A stretch of 64,000 nt of DNA from Acidobacteriaceae bacterium (GCA_030041045.1 JASHOQ010000115.1:5702-69701), one strand, 5' to 3'. Numbered from the stretch's first letter, positions 1-10,454 are shown. Program-made: numbers and translations. Notes: a model not told the origin generated them from the letters alone.

Positions 1-497
1 ATCAACCCCTTTTGCTGAAGCTCGGCCAGAACGGTGAGCGGTTCCTCGATCGAACCTTCAGCCGGTCCGTGGACGCTGAACAGGCTGCGCAGGTTCACCA
101 CGTCGAGCGCATCCAGACCGAGATTGCGGAGATTGTCCTGAACCGCGCCCATCAGCTCTTCGCGCGAAAAGGCCGGAATCCACGATCCGTCTTTCCCTCG
201 CCGGGCGCCGACTTTGGTCACGATCACCAGATCGTCGCCATAAGGGGAAAGCGCTCTTCGTATGATCTGGTTGGTGACGTGGGGACCGTAATAATCGGAT
301 GTGTCGATATGGTTCACGCCGCTGGCGACGGCTTCCCGCAAAACCGCCATCGCTTCATCCACATCGCGAGGCGGACCCCAGACCAGCTTGTTGCCGTCCC
401 TTCCCGCAAGTTGCATGGCGCCGTAGCCCATACGGTTCACGCGCAACGAACTGCCGGGCAGTGCAAAGCTGCCGGCCTTACACACTTCTTGATGCAT
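1..497 (-). CDS. aldo/keto reductase (N-terminal part; 3' end lies beyond the window start)
   Basis: Own translation of the minus strand from ATG at 497: MHQEVCKAGSFALPGSSLRVNRMGYGAMQLAG...GVNHIDTSDYYGPHVTNQII...LVIVTKVG. This is a typical AKR N-terminus. It is absent from the ORF track because no stop lies in the window. Track ORF 12..542(+) is its shadow. Confidence 0.85.
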   Translation of the reverse strand, partial: MHQEVCKAGSFALPGSSLRVNRMGYGAMQLAGRDGNKLVWGPPRDVDEAMAVLREAVASGVNHIDTSDYYGPHVTNQIIRRALSPYGDDLVIVTKVGARRGKDGSWIPAFSREELMGAVQDNLRNLGLDALDVVNLRSLFSVHGPAEGSIEEPLTVLAELQQKGL

Positions 498-515
498 CTG
501 AATTTCCCTCCATCC

Positions 516-609
516 GCCGATTATCGGCTTCCTCATCGATAACCGGAATTGACAGATCGCGATGGCTTGCTCTAAAACGGAGGCAAGCTCCGAATCAGTA
601 GATAATCGG
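516..609. promoter_or_regulatory. divergent AKR/TetR control region with a palindrome, repeated half-sites and a candidate promoter
   Basis: Palindrome GCCGATTATCGGC at 516-528. Related GATAACCGG at 538-546 and GATAATCGG at 601-609. TTGACA (549-554), a 16-nt spacer, then TCTAAA (571-576) upstream of tetR ATG 639. Confidence 0.3.
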
Positions 610-638
610 AGACCCTCTCCGGTTGCAGGATTTTTGCG

Positions 639-1235
639 ATGGCCCAAAGACGCCTTCAGCCCATCCCTCGAAAGCCGCGCCGAAGACCGCGCAAAGACGC
701 ACTGCGCAATCGCGAGCGCATTCTTGAAGCAGCAAAAGAGGCGTTTACCCGGTTGGGCGCAGAGGCGAGCCTTGACTCGATCGCCCAACAGGCAGGCGTG
801 GGGCCCGGAACCCTCTATCGTCACTTTCCCATGAGAGACGCGCTCATTGAGGCGGTTTATCGCTCTGAGGTTGAAAAGCTCGCCGTCGCGGCGCGCAAGC
901 TTGCCGCAGAGAAGCCCCCGATGGCAGCCCTGCGGGCGTGGATGCTCCTGTTTGTCGACTACATCGCGGCCAAACAGATCATTGCTCCCGCACTCAATTC
1001 CATCGTTGGCGGCGCTTCGAAGCTCTATGAGGGTTCGCGCGCTGAAATTCAGGGGGCGATGGATGCCTTGGTGAAGCGCGCCATAAGGAGCGGCGACATA
1101 CGGAAAGATCTCGATACATCCGATCTGCTGCGTGCTCTCATCGGCGTTTCCCATGTCCCGGTGGTTCCGGGCTGGCAGCAAAGCGCCAGGAGGCTGGTGG
1201 ACATCCTCATCGCCGGCTCTCGCCCCGATCGATGA
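639..1235 (+). CDS. TetR/AcrR family transcriptional regulator
   Basis: N-terminal HTH ILEAAKEAFTRLGAEASLDSIAQQAGVGPGTLYRHFPMRDALIEAVY. Divergent from the AKR gene. Confidence 0.9.
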   Translation: MAQRRLQPIPRKPRRRPRKDALRNRERILEAAKEAFTRLGAEASLDSIAQQAGVGPGTLYRHFPMRDALIEAVYRSEVEKLAVAARKLAAEKPPMAALRAWMLLFVDYIAAKQIIAPALNSIVGGASKLYEGSRAEIQGAMDALVKRAIRSGDIRKDLDTSDLLRALIGVSHVPVVPGWQQSARRLVDILIAGSRPDR

Positions 1236-1345
1236 TCGAGATCTGGGTCAACCATGCCATGACGTCGGCGCTCGCGCCCGTAACCCTCAACCGGTCGGGG
1301 CCGTGATCACCTCGGAGTGCCATTCCTTCGCCATGGATTGCCTGC

Positions 1346-3106
1346 TCATGGTTTGCCGCAGTGCTCGGTCCCCGCTTTGAGCGCCAGCCAGAGACGTCGG
1401 GCGGCATCGTTGTCCGGAGCAAAAAGCAGCACGCGTTCGAGCGTCTGCGCGGCCGCAGCCGTCTCGCCCAGCCGGCATTGCGCCAGGGCGAGATCGATTC
1501 CCGCGGCGCTCGCTCCCGGATCGTGCGTGAACGCCTGCTGCCACAGCGGCACGGCGGCCGCCGCGTCGCCTGCCTGCGCGTCGAGCACGGCCAGGTCGCC
1601 GGCCGCCGTCCCATTCAGAGGGTCTGCCCGCAATGCAGCCTCGTACTCCCGCTTTGCCCGCTCCCGGTCCCCGCTCAACTGTTCCAGGAAACCCAGCTCC
1701 GTATGCAGCTCCGTATCCCGCGCCTGCGCCGGATCGGAGGCTTCGGCCTGGAGCAAAAGTTGCATCGCGCGTTCGCCGGCAGCGCGATCTCCGCGCAGAG
1801 CCAGTTGCGCCCACGCGATTCCTTCGTCGCGCGCACCCGGATGCACCCCGCCGATGGGCACGAGTTCTTCTTCTGCAAGCGGGCTCGAGAACGGCTTGGA
1901 TTCGATCTGGATGCGATGATCGGTTACCTGCTCGTGCGCAATGTCCTCGGTCTCTTCGCGCGGCATGTGGCAGAAGGTGCAGTCGGGGTTCTCCTGGTGA
2001 TGGCCCGATGCCAGGCCCGCGTGGCAGGCCAGGCAGCGGGCGCGGTAAAAGCTCACACGATCGTCCGCGGCCACCGACGCATGCGGATCGTGACACGTTG
2101 TGCACGTGAGCCGGTCGCCGCTGGCTTGCTTGCAGGCGCTCTCCAGCAGCGATTCCCATTGGCTGGTGGCGCGGCCTCCGGGGCCGGCTTTGCGCCCGTT
2201 TTCAAAGTAAACCGCATCGTCGAACAGATCGTCGCCGGGCTCAAAGGCGCCCATCTTGCGTCCCAGTTTCACCACCGCCACTTCTCCTTCCAGATGGCAT
2301 TCGAGACAAGTGGAATCGCGGCGAACGGGATCGAGTCTTGCAGGATTGAGGATGGGTCCTTTTCCATTCTGTGCCAGGTGCCCGGAAGAATCGCCATGGC
2401 AGGCCTCGCAGGTGATCCCGCCCCGAGGAAACGGCAATCCGGCAAAATGATTGCGCGCGTCGGGCATTGACTCTGCCACGTTGCTCGCATGGCAGTGCAG
2501 GCATCCGGGATCGACAGGCAACGTGAACGGCATCTCCTGCGCGCTGAGAAAATTCGGAGTCATGTCCCAGATGTGCTTCTTCGCATACCAGTTGATGGGG
2601 ATCTCGTACCAGTAGCCTTCGCGCTGGAACAGGAAGGTGCGGCCGCGCCGTCCCGAGCCAAGATAAAAGAGCAGCTCTTGCCTGCCGTTCAACCCGCGGC
2701 CCGCGGGAGCGTTGGGCCGCTCATAGGAGAGCCACACCTGGCCCTGATCGAGCGTAACGCGGTAGTGGACGCCGGAGGCCGCGTGCGTGAAGTCGGCCGG
2801 AATGAACCCTTGCACCGCGGGCCCGCTCGCGAGCGCCATGGGCGTGCGCTCCCAGCTTTCAAAAATTTGCTGGTGGCAGCGGGCACACGCGGCATCGGGA
2901 TTCTGCGCAAGCTCAGCGCCGCCGCCCTGCGCATTCGCGCTCTGCAATCCGGCGCTCCGTGACCCAGCCCTCCCCGTTCCGGCGTCAACCGGTGCGCTTG
3001 TAGTCATCCAGCCGATGCCCGCCAGCCCGGCCAGCAAAACCAGGAACGCGGCGCGGCGCAAGAAAACGGAAATATAACGGCGATGCATCGCGAGCCGGGA
3101 CACCAT
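1346..3106 (-). CDS. multihaem c-type cytochrome fused to C-terminal TPR repeats
   Basis: Seven CxxCH motifs (CARCH, CLHCH, CEACH, CLECH, CTTCH, CLACH, CTFCH). N-terminal hydrophobic signal/anchor and a TPR-like C-terminus. The start may be M7 (3088). Confidence 0.8.
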   Translation of the reverse strand: MVSRLAMHRRYISVFLRRAAFLVLLAGLAGIGWMTTSAPVDAGTGRAGSRSAGLQSANAQGGGAELAQNPDAACARCHQQIFESWERTPMALASGPAVQGFIPADFTHAASGVHYRVTLDQGQVWLSYERPNAPAGRGLNGRQELLFYLGSGRRGRTFLFQREGYWYEIPINWYAKKHIWDMTPNFLSAQEMPFTLPVDPGCLHCHASNVAESMPDARNHFAGLPFPRGGITCEACHGDSSGHLAQNGKGPILNPARLDPVRRDSTCLECHLEGEVAVVKLGRKMGAFEPGDDLFDDAVYFENGRKAGPGGRATSQWESLLESACKQASGDRLTCTTCHDPHASVAADDRVSFYRARCLACHAGLASGHHQENPDCTFCHMPREETEDIAHEQVTDHRIQIESKPFSSPLAEEELVPIGGVHPGARDEGIAWAQLALRGDRAAGERAMQLLLQAEASDPAQARDTELHTELGFLEQLSGDRERAKREYEAALRADPLNGTAAGDLAVLDAQAGDAAAAVPLWQQAFTHDPGASAAGIDLALAQCRLGETAAAAQTLERVLLFAPDNDAARRLWLALKAGTEHCGKP

Positions 3107-3195
3107 GCCATTCTACTTTTCTCCTCCGCGCGCGGGGCAGCCGCGCGCGCGCGCCATCTTCATCTTTGCGCAGGCGCGTGGTAAAGTTCAGAGCT

Positions 3196-3771
3196 ATGGC
3201 ATGGCGCGCCACTGTGTTTCTGCTCGGCTGCTTGTCCATGGTTGCGCGGGCTGCGGAGCCCTTCGGCACCGATCTGAACGGTCGTCCGATCGAGCAGATC
3301 GCGCCCGCAGGCGCCAAAGCGGTGGTGCTCTTTTTTGCCACATCGGATTGTCCCATTTCCAACCGCTATATCCCTGAGATCGAGCGGCTCGATCGCGAGT
3401 TTGCGCCCCAGGGCGTGCACTTCTGGTGGGTGTATCCGGATCCCGGAGACACGGCCGCGGTGGTTCGCCGCCACGATGAAGACTTCCAGATCCACGCCGA
3501 TCAGGTGCTCGACACGGAACAACGGCTCACGCGCATGGCGCACGCCACCACAACGCCGGAAGCCGCCGTCTTTCTTTCCACCGCCGCAGGATTGCATGAG
3601 GTGTACCGGGGACGCATCGACGACCGCTACCTCGCTCTCGGACAGGAACGGCCTGCGGCCACACGGCACGACCTGGAGCTGGCCATCCGCGCTGCGCTTG
3701 ACCATAGGCCCGCCGTAAAGCCGGGAGGTCCGGCAGTCGGCTGCTCCATTGTGCCCCGCAACGCGCCATGA
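3196..3771 (+). CDS. thioredoxin-fold (redoxin/SCO-like) secreted protein
   Basis: Signal peptide MAWRATVFLLGCLSMVARA. Motif VVLFFATSDCPISNRYIPEIERL resembles a redoxin fold with a single Cys. The stop overlaps the next ATG (ATGA at 3768-3771). Confidence 0.6.
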   Translation: MAWRATVFLLGCLSMVARAAEPFGTDLNGRPIEQIAPAGAKAVVLFFATSDCPISNRYIPEIERLDREFAPQGVHFWWVYPDPGDTAAVVRRHDEDFQIHADQVLDTEQRLTRMAHATTTPEAAVFLSTAAGLHEVYRGRIDDRYLALGQERPAATRHDLELAIRAALDHRPAVKPGGPAVGCSIVPRNAP

Positions 3772-6026
3772 GATTTCTGCGCTGCACAGCCCTTGCGCTC
3801 GTTGGCTGCGTCTTTCTCTCCTGGCTGCATCCGCGTCGCACGATGCGCGCAGCGCAGGTTCCGGCAGATCCCGGCGCAACCTCTCACTCAGCCCCACCCG
3901 CAGTCCCCGCCGTCACCTGGAGCCGGCAGATTGCGCCCCTCGTCTACCAGAACTGCGCCACCTGCCATCACCCCGGCGGCGGCGGACCGTTCAGCCTGCT
4001 CACCTATCAGGAGGCATTCCGGCACGGACCGCAGATGGCTCAGGTCACGCAGTCGCGCTATATGCCCCCGTGGCTGCCGGCACCCGGATATGGCGATTTT
4101 CTGGGCGCGCGCCGCCTGAGCGATGAGCAGATAGCGCTCATCCGTCGCTGGGTAGCGTCCGGGATGCCCGAAGGCGATGCGTCCATCGCCCCTCCGCCGC
4201 CGCACTATGACGCCACCTGGCAATTGGGAAAGCCCGATCTGATTCTCACCATCGAGCATCCGTACGCCCTGGCCGCAGGGGGAACCGACGTCTTTCGCAA
4301 CTTCGTCCTGCCCTATCCGCTCACCGCAACGCACTATATCCGCGCCATGCAGATTTTGCCCAGCGCGCCCCAGGTGGTGCATCACGCCAACGTGCTCATC
4401 GATCGCACGGCCTCGTTCCGACGCCGTCACCCCGCCGACTGGGAGGATGGAATTCCCGGCATGGAGCTGGAGCTCGATGCCGGCAACACTTTCGACCCCG
4501 ACAGCCATTTTCTTTTCTGGAAGCCGGATACGCCGGTGCTGGAAGAGCCCGCGGGAATGCCCTGGCGGCTCGATCCCGGCAACGATCTCATCCTCAATAT
4601 GCATCTGAAACCCAGCGGCAAGCCGGAAACCATCGGCGCGCAGATCGGTTTGTACTTCACGCCCGAGCCGGCCAGCAAGCATCCCATGCTGCTTGAGCTT
4701 GAAGATGACCGCGGCCTCGATATTCCCGCCGGCGACCGGAGCTTTCAAGTGCAGGATGAATTGGAGCTGCCGGTCGATGTGGACCTCTTCGGGATTTATC
4801 CCCACGCGCACTATCTCGGCAAAGAACTCGAGGGCTGGGCCATTCTGCCCGATGGGCGCAAGCAGTGGCTCATCCGGATTCCGGACTGGGACATCGATCG
4901 CCAGTCGGTCTATCGCTATCGCACTCCGGTTTTCCTGCCGCGCGGGACCGTGGTGCACATGCACTACGTCTACGACAACTCAGAGGACAACGTCCACAAT
5001 CCAAACACGCCGCCCATCCGCGTGCGCGCCGGCAACCGCTCCGTGGACGAAATGGCGCATCTGTGGCTCCAGGTTCTGCCCGTCAACACTGCCAAAGGAA
5101 GTCCCGATCCGCGCTTGCTGCTGGAAGAAGCCTGGATGGAACATCGCGCAAAGCGAAATCCCGGAGACTTGATTGCTTTATATAACCTCGCATCGGCACT
5201 GGCCGGCCTCGGCCGCTACGCCGAAGCCGCAGCCGATTATCGCCAGGTGCTGGCCGCGAATCCTCGCGACGCTCGCACCCTCAACAGCCTGGGCGCCGCA
5301 CTGGAAAACGCGGGAGACTCGTCCGCAGCCGAAAAAGAGTTTACGCAGGCCATAGCGCTCGGGCCCGACAACTGCGACGCGCAATTCAACCTGGCGGAAC
5401 TCGAGCTGAAGCGCAGCCAGTTCGCGCAAGCCGCGGAGCAGTTCCGCGACCTGCTGCGCAACTGCCCCGCCGATGCAGGGGCGCAAAGCGGCCTGGGCGT
5501 CGCCCTCTTGGGCGAAGGCGATTCCGCATCCGCAGAAGCAGAATTCGAGCACGCGCTCGATCTTGATCCCGCCAACTTCACTGCGCTCTATCACCTCGGC
5601 GAAATGGCCATCGAATCGGGTTCGCCGGAGCGCGCCGTCGAATTCCTGCAAAAAGCCTCCGCCCAGCGCCCTGACGACGTCGACACCCGCGAGCGCCTGG
5701 CCATGGCTTATGCGCAATCAGGCCGGCAAGCCGATGCCCTGACCCAATTGCGCGCAGCCGTGCAGCTCTCGCCCGGCGACGCCAATCTGCACGCGCTGCT
5801 CTCGCAGGTTCTTTCGGCAGCCGGCCAGTTGCAGCAGGCTATCGAGGAACAAAACCAGGCGCTGCATTTCGAACCGAACGACGCCGATGGCTGGAACAAC
5901 CTGGGCGTGCTCGAGGCGCGCTTGGGGCACACCGCCGCGGCGCGCGCCGATTTTGAACGCGCCTTGCAGCTCGCGCCCGATCATGCCCAGGCACGCGCCA
6001 ATCTGGCCCGGCTTCCCCGGCAATGA
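3768..6026 (+). CDS. cytochrome c domain + copper type-II (DBH/PHM-like) monooxygenase-like domain + TPR repeat protein
   Basis: CATCHHPGGGGPFSLLTY haem motif. His clusters VVHHANVL, NMHLKP and YPHAHYLGKE plus MHYVYDN resemble Cu-monooxygenase ligand sets. About 300 aa of TPR at the C-terminus. Confidence 0.7.
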   Translation: MRFLRCTALALVGCVFLSWLHPRRTMRAAQVPADPGATSHSAPPAVPAVTWSRQIAPLVYQNCATCHHPGGGGPFSLLTYQEAFRHGPQMAQVTQSRYMPPWLPAPGYGDFLGARRLSDEQIALIRRWVASGMPEGDASIAPPPPHYDATWQLGKPDLILTIEHPYALAAGGTDVFRNFVLPYPLTATHYIRAMQILPSAPQVVHHANVLIDRTASFRRRHPADWEDGIPGMELELDAGNTFDPDSHFLFWKPDTPVLEEPAGMPWRLDPGNDLILNMHLKPSGKPETIGAQIGLYFTPEPASKHPMLLELEDDRGLDIPAGDRSFQVQDELELPVDVDLFGIYPHAHYLGKELEGWAILPDGRKQWLIRIPDWDIDRQSVYRYRTPVFLPRGTVVHMHYVYDNSEDNVHNPNTPPIRVRAGNRSVDEMAHLWLQVLPVNTAKGSPDPRLLLEEAWMEHRAKRNPGDLIALYNLASALAGLGRYAEAAADYRQVLAANPRDARTLNSLGAALENAGDSSAAEKEFTQAIALGPDNCDAQFNLAELELKRSQFAQAAEQFRDLLRNCPADAGAQSGLGVALLGEGDSASAEAEFEHALDLDPANFTALYHLGEMAIESGSPERAVEFLQKASAQRPDDVDTRERLAMAYAQSGRQADALTQLRAAVQLSPGDANLHALLSQVLSAAGQLQQAIEEQNQALHFEPNDADGWNNLGVLEARLGHTAAARADFERALQLAPDHAQARANLARLPRQ

Positions 6027-6118
6027 TGCTCAAGTGTGTTAGGATTCGACACGGTTCGGTCGTCTTCGAATCACGTTATCGGGATTAATTCATTCTCGCG
6101 AGTTGCCGGGTGCCAGCC

Positions 6119-7918
6119 ATGAAAGACTTCGCTTCCCTTCTCTTGCTCCTCTCCGCTTTCTTGTGCGGCGCGGAACTGCAAACGCAAGCTCAGCAGGCAG
6201 CCGCGCCGGCTCCATCCAGCCCGGCTTCGACAAGCACCCCCTGGTGGAAGAATGCGGTCATCTACGAGATCTATCCGCGCAGTTTTCAAGACTCGAACGG
6301 TGACGGCATTGGCGACCTGAACGGCATCACCTCGCGTCTCGACTACCTCCAGAAACTCGGCGTCGACGCCATCTGGCTCACGCCCATTTATCCCTCGCCG
6401 CAGGTGGACTTCGGCTACGACATCTCGAATTACGAGGCCATCGATGCCCAGTACGGAACCATGGCCGATTTCGACCGCCTCGTCGCCGAGGCCCGCAAGC
6501 GCAACATCGGCATCATCATGGACCTGGTGCTGAACCACACCTCGGACAAGGATCCATGGTTCGAGCAATCGGCCAGCTCGCGCACCAATCCCAAGGCCGA
6601 CTGGTATATGTGGCGCGATCCCAAGATGGTCGATGGCCAGCGCCAGCCGCCCAACAACTGGATCTCTGATTTCGGAGGGTCCGCCTGGCAGTGGGATCCG
6701 GCGCGCCGGCAGTACTACTATCATGAGTTCTACGTGCAGCAGCCGGATCTGAATTGGAGCAATCCCCAGGTTCGCCAGGCCATGTTCGACGTCGCCCGCT
6801 TCTGGATTCACCGCGGCGCCGCGGGCTTCCGCCTCGATGCCATTACCTCCCTCTTTGAAGACCCGCAGGATCGCGACGAGCCTTATGTGCTGGGACCGGA
6901 CGGCCAGCCCCGCATCGATGCTTACGGCGACAAGGAAGTGACGAACATCTACACCGACAACCTGCCTGAGGAGCACGATGTTCTGCGCGAACTGCGCCAG
7001 GCCTCCGAAGCGGCGGGCGCGCACAGAGTGGTGCTCATCGGCGAAACCTACCTGCGCTCCATCAACGACCTGCGCAAGATGTACGGCGCGAACAACGATG
7101 AGCTGCAACTGCCCATGGACATGCAGGTGGGCTTCATCAACAGGTTCGATGTGGCGCTGTTCCGCCAGCGCATCGATGAAGCCGAAACCGGTCTCGACGG
7201 CGATGAGCCGCTTTTCGTCTTCGACAATCACGACAATCCGCGCTGGGACCGCTATCAGAAGGACGCTGCCGGGGCGCCGGCCTTCGGCTATGGCCCTCAC
7301 CACGACGATATCGGGCGCGTAATCGCCACGGTTCTCTTCGCCTCGCACGATACCGCCATGATGTACTACGGCGATGAAATCGGCATGGTCACCACGCCGC
7401 CCGCGCGCAAAGCGGATGTGCGCGATCCCATCGGCATCAAGGGCTGGCCCAAGGAAAAAGGCCGCGACGGCGAGCGCACACCCATGCAGTGGAATGCGGG
7501 CCCTGACGCAGGATTCTCCTCAGCCGGCGTCAACACCTGGCTGCCCATTCCAGCCAGCTACAAGACTTCCAATGTGGCCGCCGAAGAGCGTGACCCGGAA
7601 TCGATGCTGCACTGGTACCGGCAGCTCATCGCGCTCAAGAAGAACGACCCGGCCCTGCACGAAGGCGAAGAAATCATGCTCAACACCGCGGACGACCACG
7701 TGTTCTCCTGGCTGCGCAAAACCGCTAACGGAGAAGCCGTGATTGTCGCGTGCAACTTTACCGCGCAGCCGCAGACTGTCAGCTTCGATTTGAGCGCGCA
7801 GGGCGTGAGCAGGACGGGATTAAAGACATTGATGAAAACACCAGGCGCGCCCGAGCCGCATTCGATCGCTTCGGTCGAGCTCGGCCCCTATGGCGTCTAC
7901 ATCGGCCAAGTCCGCTAA
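6119..7918 (+). CDS. GH13 alpha-glucosidase / oligo-1,6-glucosidase-like, secreted
   Basis: WWKNAVIYEIYPRSFQDSNGDGIGDLNGITSRLDYLQKLGVDAIWLTPIYPSPQVDFGYDISNY, GFRLDAI and VFDNHDNPR motifs. Signal peptide from ATG 6119 (track start 6110 is GTG). Confidence 0.9.
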   Translation: MKDFASLLLLLSAFLCGAELQTQAQQAAAPAPSSPASTSTPWWKNAVIYEIYPRSFQDSNGDGIGDLNGITSRLDYLQKLGVDAIWLTPIYPSPQVDFGYDISNYEAIDAQYGTMADFDRLVAEARKRNIGIIMDLVLNHTSDKDPWFEQSASSRTNPKADWYMWRDPKMVDGQRQPPNNWISDFGGSAWQWDPARRQYYYHEFYVQQPDLNWSNPQVRQAMFDVARFWIHRGAAGFRLDAITSLFEDPQDRDEPYVLGPDGQPRIDAYGDKEVTNIYTDNLPEEHDVLRELRQASEAAGAHRVVLIGETYLRSINDLRKMYGANNDELQLPMDMQVGFINRFDVALFRQRIDEAETGLDGDEPLFVFDNHDNPRWDRYQKDAAGAPAFGYGPHHDDIGRVIATVLFASHDTAMMYYGDEIGMVTTPPARKADVRDPIGIKGWPKEKGRDGERTPMQWNAGPDAGFSSAGVNTWLPIPASYKTSNVAAEERDPESMLHWYRQLIALKKNDPALHEGEEIMLNTADDHVFSWLRKTANGEAVIVACNFTAQPQTVSFDLSAQGVSRTGLKTLMKTPGAPEPHSIASVELGPYGVYIGQVR

Positions 7919-7919
7919 G

Positions 7920-10454
7920 ATGAAACTCCGCGCGCTGCTCGCGTCGCTTGCCGCCATGAGCCTCGGCCAGACCCCGCTTTTCGCCCAGCACCCGTCCACT
8001 CTGCCCGCGGTTCCTGCGTTTGCGCTGGACCAGGGCGAATCCTTGCACATCGCGCGCGAAGTCGATCCTGCGCGGCCGTTCTCCGTGATCGGCCCGCAAG
8101 GCGCGCTGCTTGGCCAGCAGGACGGCCGTTGCGAGGCCTGGATCTTTCCCTGGAAGATTTTCAGCCACCTGCGCATAACCGCGGATATGCAGGATTATCC
8201 CGTGCCCATCGATGTGAACCAGCACGCGGCGTGGATCGACGTGACCCCCAGCGCGACCATCCTTACCTACGCGCATGCCAATTTCACCATCCGGCAGATC
8301 ATGTTCGCGCCCAGGCAGGGGCCGGAGGGATCGGGCGTCATCTTGCTCTACCAGATCGAGGCCATCCGGCCCATGACGCTCACCTTCAGCTTCACGCCGG
8401 AGATGCAGCGCATGTGGCCGGCCGAGTCGGACCCTCAACCCTCGCCGGAGTGGGTGCGAGCTCAGGGCAGCGAGGGAAGCGCGCCCTCGGGTTTTTATAT
8501 TCTCCATGAGAATTTTCCCGATCATGCCGCGGCGCTGGCCATGCCCGGAGCCGAGCCGGGCGTTCTTCCGCCGTATCAGGAGCGGCCGCAGGTTTGGCCG
8601 CTTGAGTTTGTGCTGCACTTCGATCCCGCAAAAGACGCGCATACATTCCTTCCCTTGCTCATCACCCGGGCAGATAACAAACAGGACGCAACGCGCGAAG
8701 CGCTGGCACAAAGCCTGGCCGCGCTCAATGTTGCGATACCCGATCTATACCAGAAAAACGCTGCCTATTTTCGCGATCTTCTCTTGAGCCACACCAGCAT
8801 CGAAACGCCGGACGGCGATCTGAACCAGGCTTTTTCCTGGGCCATCGCCGCCATCGATCAACTGCGCGTGCAGACTCCCGAAAACGACGGCGAGGCGCTC
8901 ACCGCGGGCTTTCTGGGCTCAGGCGATTCCACGCGGCCGGGCTTCGGATGGTTTTTCGGCCGTGATGCGCTGTGGACGCTCTACGCCATCAACGGCTTCG
9001 GGGATTTCAGCACAGCTCGCCAGGAATTCGATTTTCTCCTGCGCCATCAGCGCGCCGACGGCAAAATCATGCACGAGTATGCGCAAACCGCAAACCTCGT
9101 CGACTGGCAGTCGCTGCCCTACGAATACGCCGCGGCCGACTCTACCCCGCTGCTGCTGATGGCCATGAACGACTATCTCAAGATCAGCGGCGACGCCGAT
9201 TTTGTGCGCTCGCATTGGGACGCGCTCGCGCGCGCCTGGAACTTCGAAACCGCGCATGTATCGAGCGATGGAATTTACAACAACACCCAGGGCACAGGCT
9301 GGGTGGAAAACTGGCCGCACGCGCTGCCCCATCAGGAAATCTACCTGGCCTCGCTCGACGAGCAGGCCAGTCTGGCCTTTGCTAATCTTGCCCATGTCTG
9401 CGGCCACGCCGATCTTGCGCGGGAGGCCAGGGCACGCGCGGCAAAAATCGCGCCGGCAATCGAAAAAGAATACTTCGAGCCGGGCGCCGGATTTTACTCC
9501 TTTAGCATCGACGCCAACGGCACGCCCGACACCACGCCCACCATCTTCCCCGCCGTGGCCTGGTGGGATGGAACTTTTGCCCTCGATCAATCCGCAACCA
9601 TGATGCAGCGCTGGGCCTCAAGCGAATTCTCCACCGACTGGGGTACGCGGGACGTCGGCGATCAGGTCAGCTTCTACGATCCCATCAGCTATCACCAGGG
9701 AACCGTGTGGCCGCTCTATACGGGATGGGTCTCGCAGGCCGAGTACCGCGCGGGTCATGCGCTTTCCGCCTACGCGCACCTGATGCAGAACGCCGATCTC
9801 ACCTGGTCGCAGGACCTTGGCTCGGTCACCGAGCTGCTGTCGGGCGAGTTCTTTCAGCCTCTCGGCCGCAGCACAGCGCATCAGCTCTGGTCTTCCGCCA
9901 TGGTCGTCTCGCCGGTTCTCCGCGGCCTTTTCGGCCTGGAGTGGAATGCAGCAACGCAGACGCTGACCGTGAATCCGCATCTTCCCGCCGACTGGAACAC
10001 CGCAACCCTGCGCCGCATTCCCTTCGGGAATGCAACCATCGACCTCACTTTCACGCGGCGCGGTCAGGAATTGCTGGTTGAAGCCGCAGGTCCCAGCGCT
10101 TCCGCTCTGCATCTGGTCACCGGCGCGGAGGGAGCAAAGGGCCGCGGACCAGCCCTCGCCATCCCCCTCCCCGCCGTTGAAGTGGCCTTGCCGCATCGCC
10201 TGCCGGAGTTTGGTGCCAAAACGGAACAGATGAAAGTTTTGGACGAACAGCGCACCGGGCGCTCTTTGACTTTGACCCTGTCCGCTCCGGGATCCTCCAG
10301 CCAGACCCTCCTGCTCAAAGAGAATTTCCCCGGAATGCACATCACCGCCGGCCACGCCGTCCTTGGCGCCGGGCAAGACGGGCTCTACTCCCTTTCAGTT
10401 CCATTTCCGGAAGCACCCGGATACGCGACTCAAACCGTGACTCTCACCTGGTAA
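7920..10454 (+). CDS. glycogen-debranching-enzyme-like (amylo-alpha-1,6-glucosidase/GDE_C family) secreted protein
   Basis: Signal peptide MKLRALLASLAAMSLGQTPLFAQ from ATG 7920. GWFFGRDALWT and (alpha/alpha)6-type motifs. Lies 1 nt after the GH13 stop. Confidence 0.75.
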   Translation: MKLRALLASLAAMSLGQTPLFAQHPSTLPAVPAFALDQGESLHIAREVDPARPFSVIGPQGALLGQQDGRCEAWIFPWKIFSHLRITADMQDYPVPIDVNQHAAWIDVTPSATILTYAHANFTIRQIMFAPRQGPEGSGVILLYQIEAIRPMTLTFSFTPEMQRMWPAESDPQPSPEWVRAQGSEGSAPSGFYILHENFPDHAAALAMPGAEPGVLPPYQERPQVWPLEFVLHFDPAKDAHTFLPLLITRADNKQDATREALAQSLAALNVAIPDLYQKNAAYFRDLLLSHTSIETPDGDLNQAFSWAIAAIDQLRVQTPENDGEALTAGFLGSGDSTRPGFGWFFGRDALWTLYAINGFGDFSTARQEFDFLLRHQRADGKIMHEYAQTANLVDWQSLPYEYAAADSTPLLLMAMNDYLKISGDADFVRSHWDALARAWNFETAHVSSDGIYNNTQGTGWVENWPHALPHQEIYLASLDEQASLAFANLAHVCGHADLAREARARAAKIAPAIEKEYFEPGAGFYSFSIDANGTPDTTPTIFPAVAWWDGTFALDQSATMMQRWASSEFSTDWGTRDVGDQVSFYDPISYHQGTVWPLYTGWVSQAEYRAGHALSAYAHLMQNADLTWSQDLGSVTELLSGEFFQPLGRSTAHQLWSSAMVVSPVLRGLFGLEWNAATQTLTVNPHLPADWNTATLRRIPFGNATIDLTFTRRGQELLVEAAGPSASALHLVTGAEGAKGRGPALAIPLPAVEVALPHRLPEFGAKTEQMKVLDEQRTGRSLTLTLSAPGSSSQTLLLKENFPGMHITAGHAVLGAGQDGLYSLSVPFPEAPGYATQTVTLTW

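Noticed and set aside
12-542. 176-aa plus-strand ORF at the window start
   Set aside because: The minus strand encodes a clear aldo/keto reductase N-terminus. The plus frame has no motif and starts at TTG.
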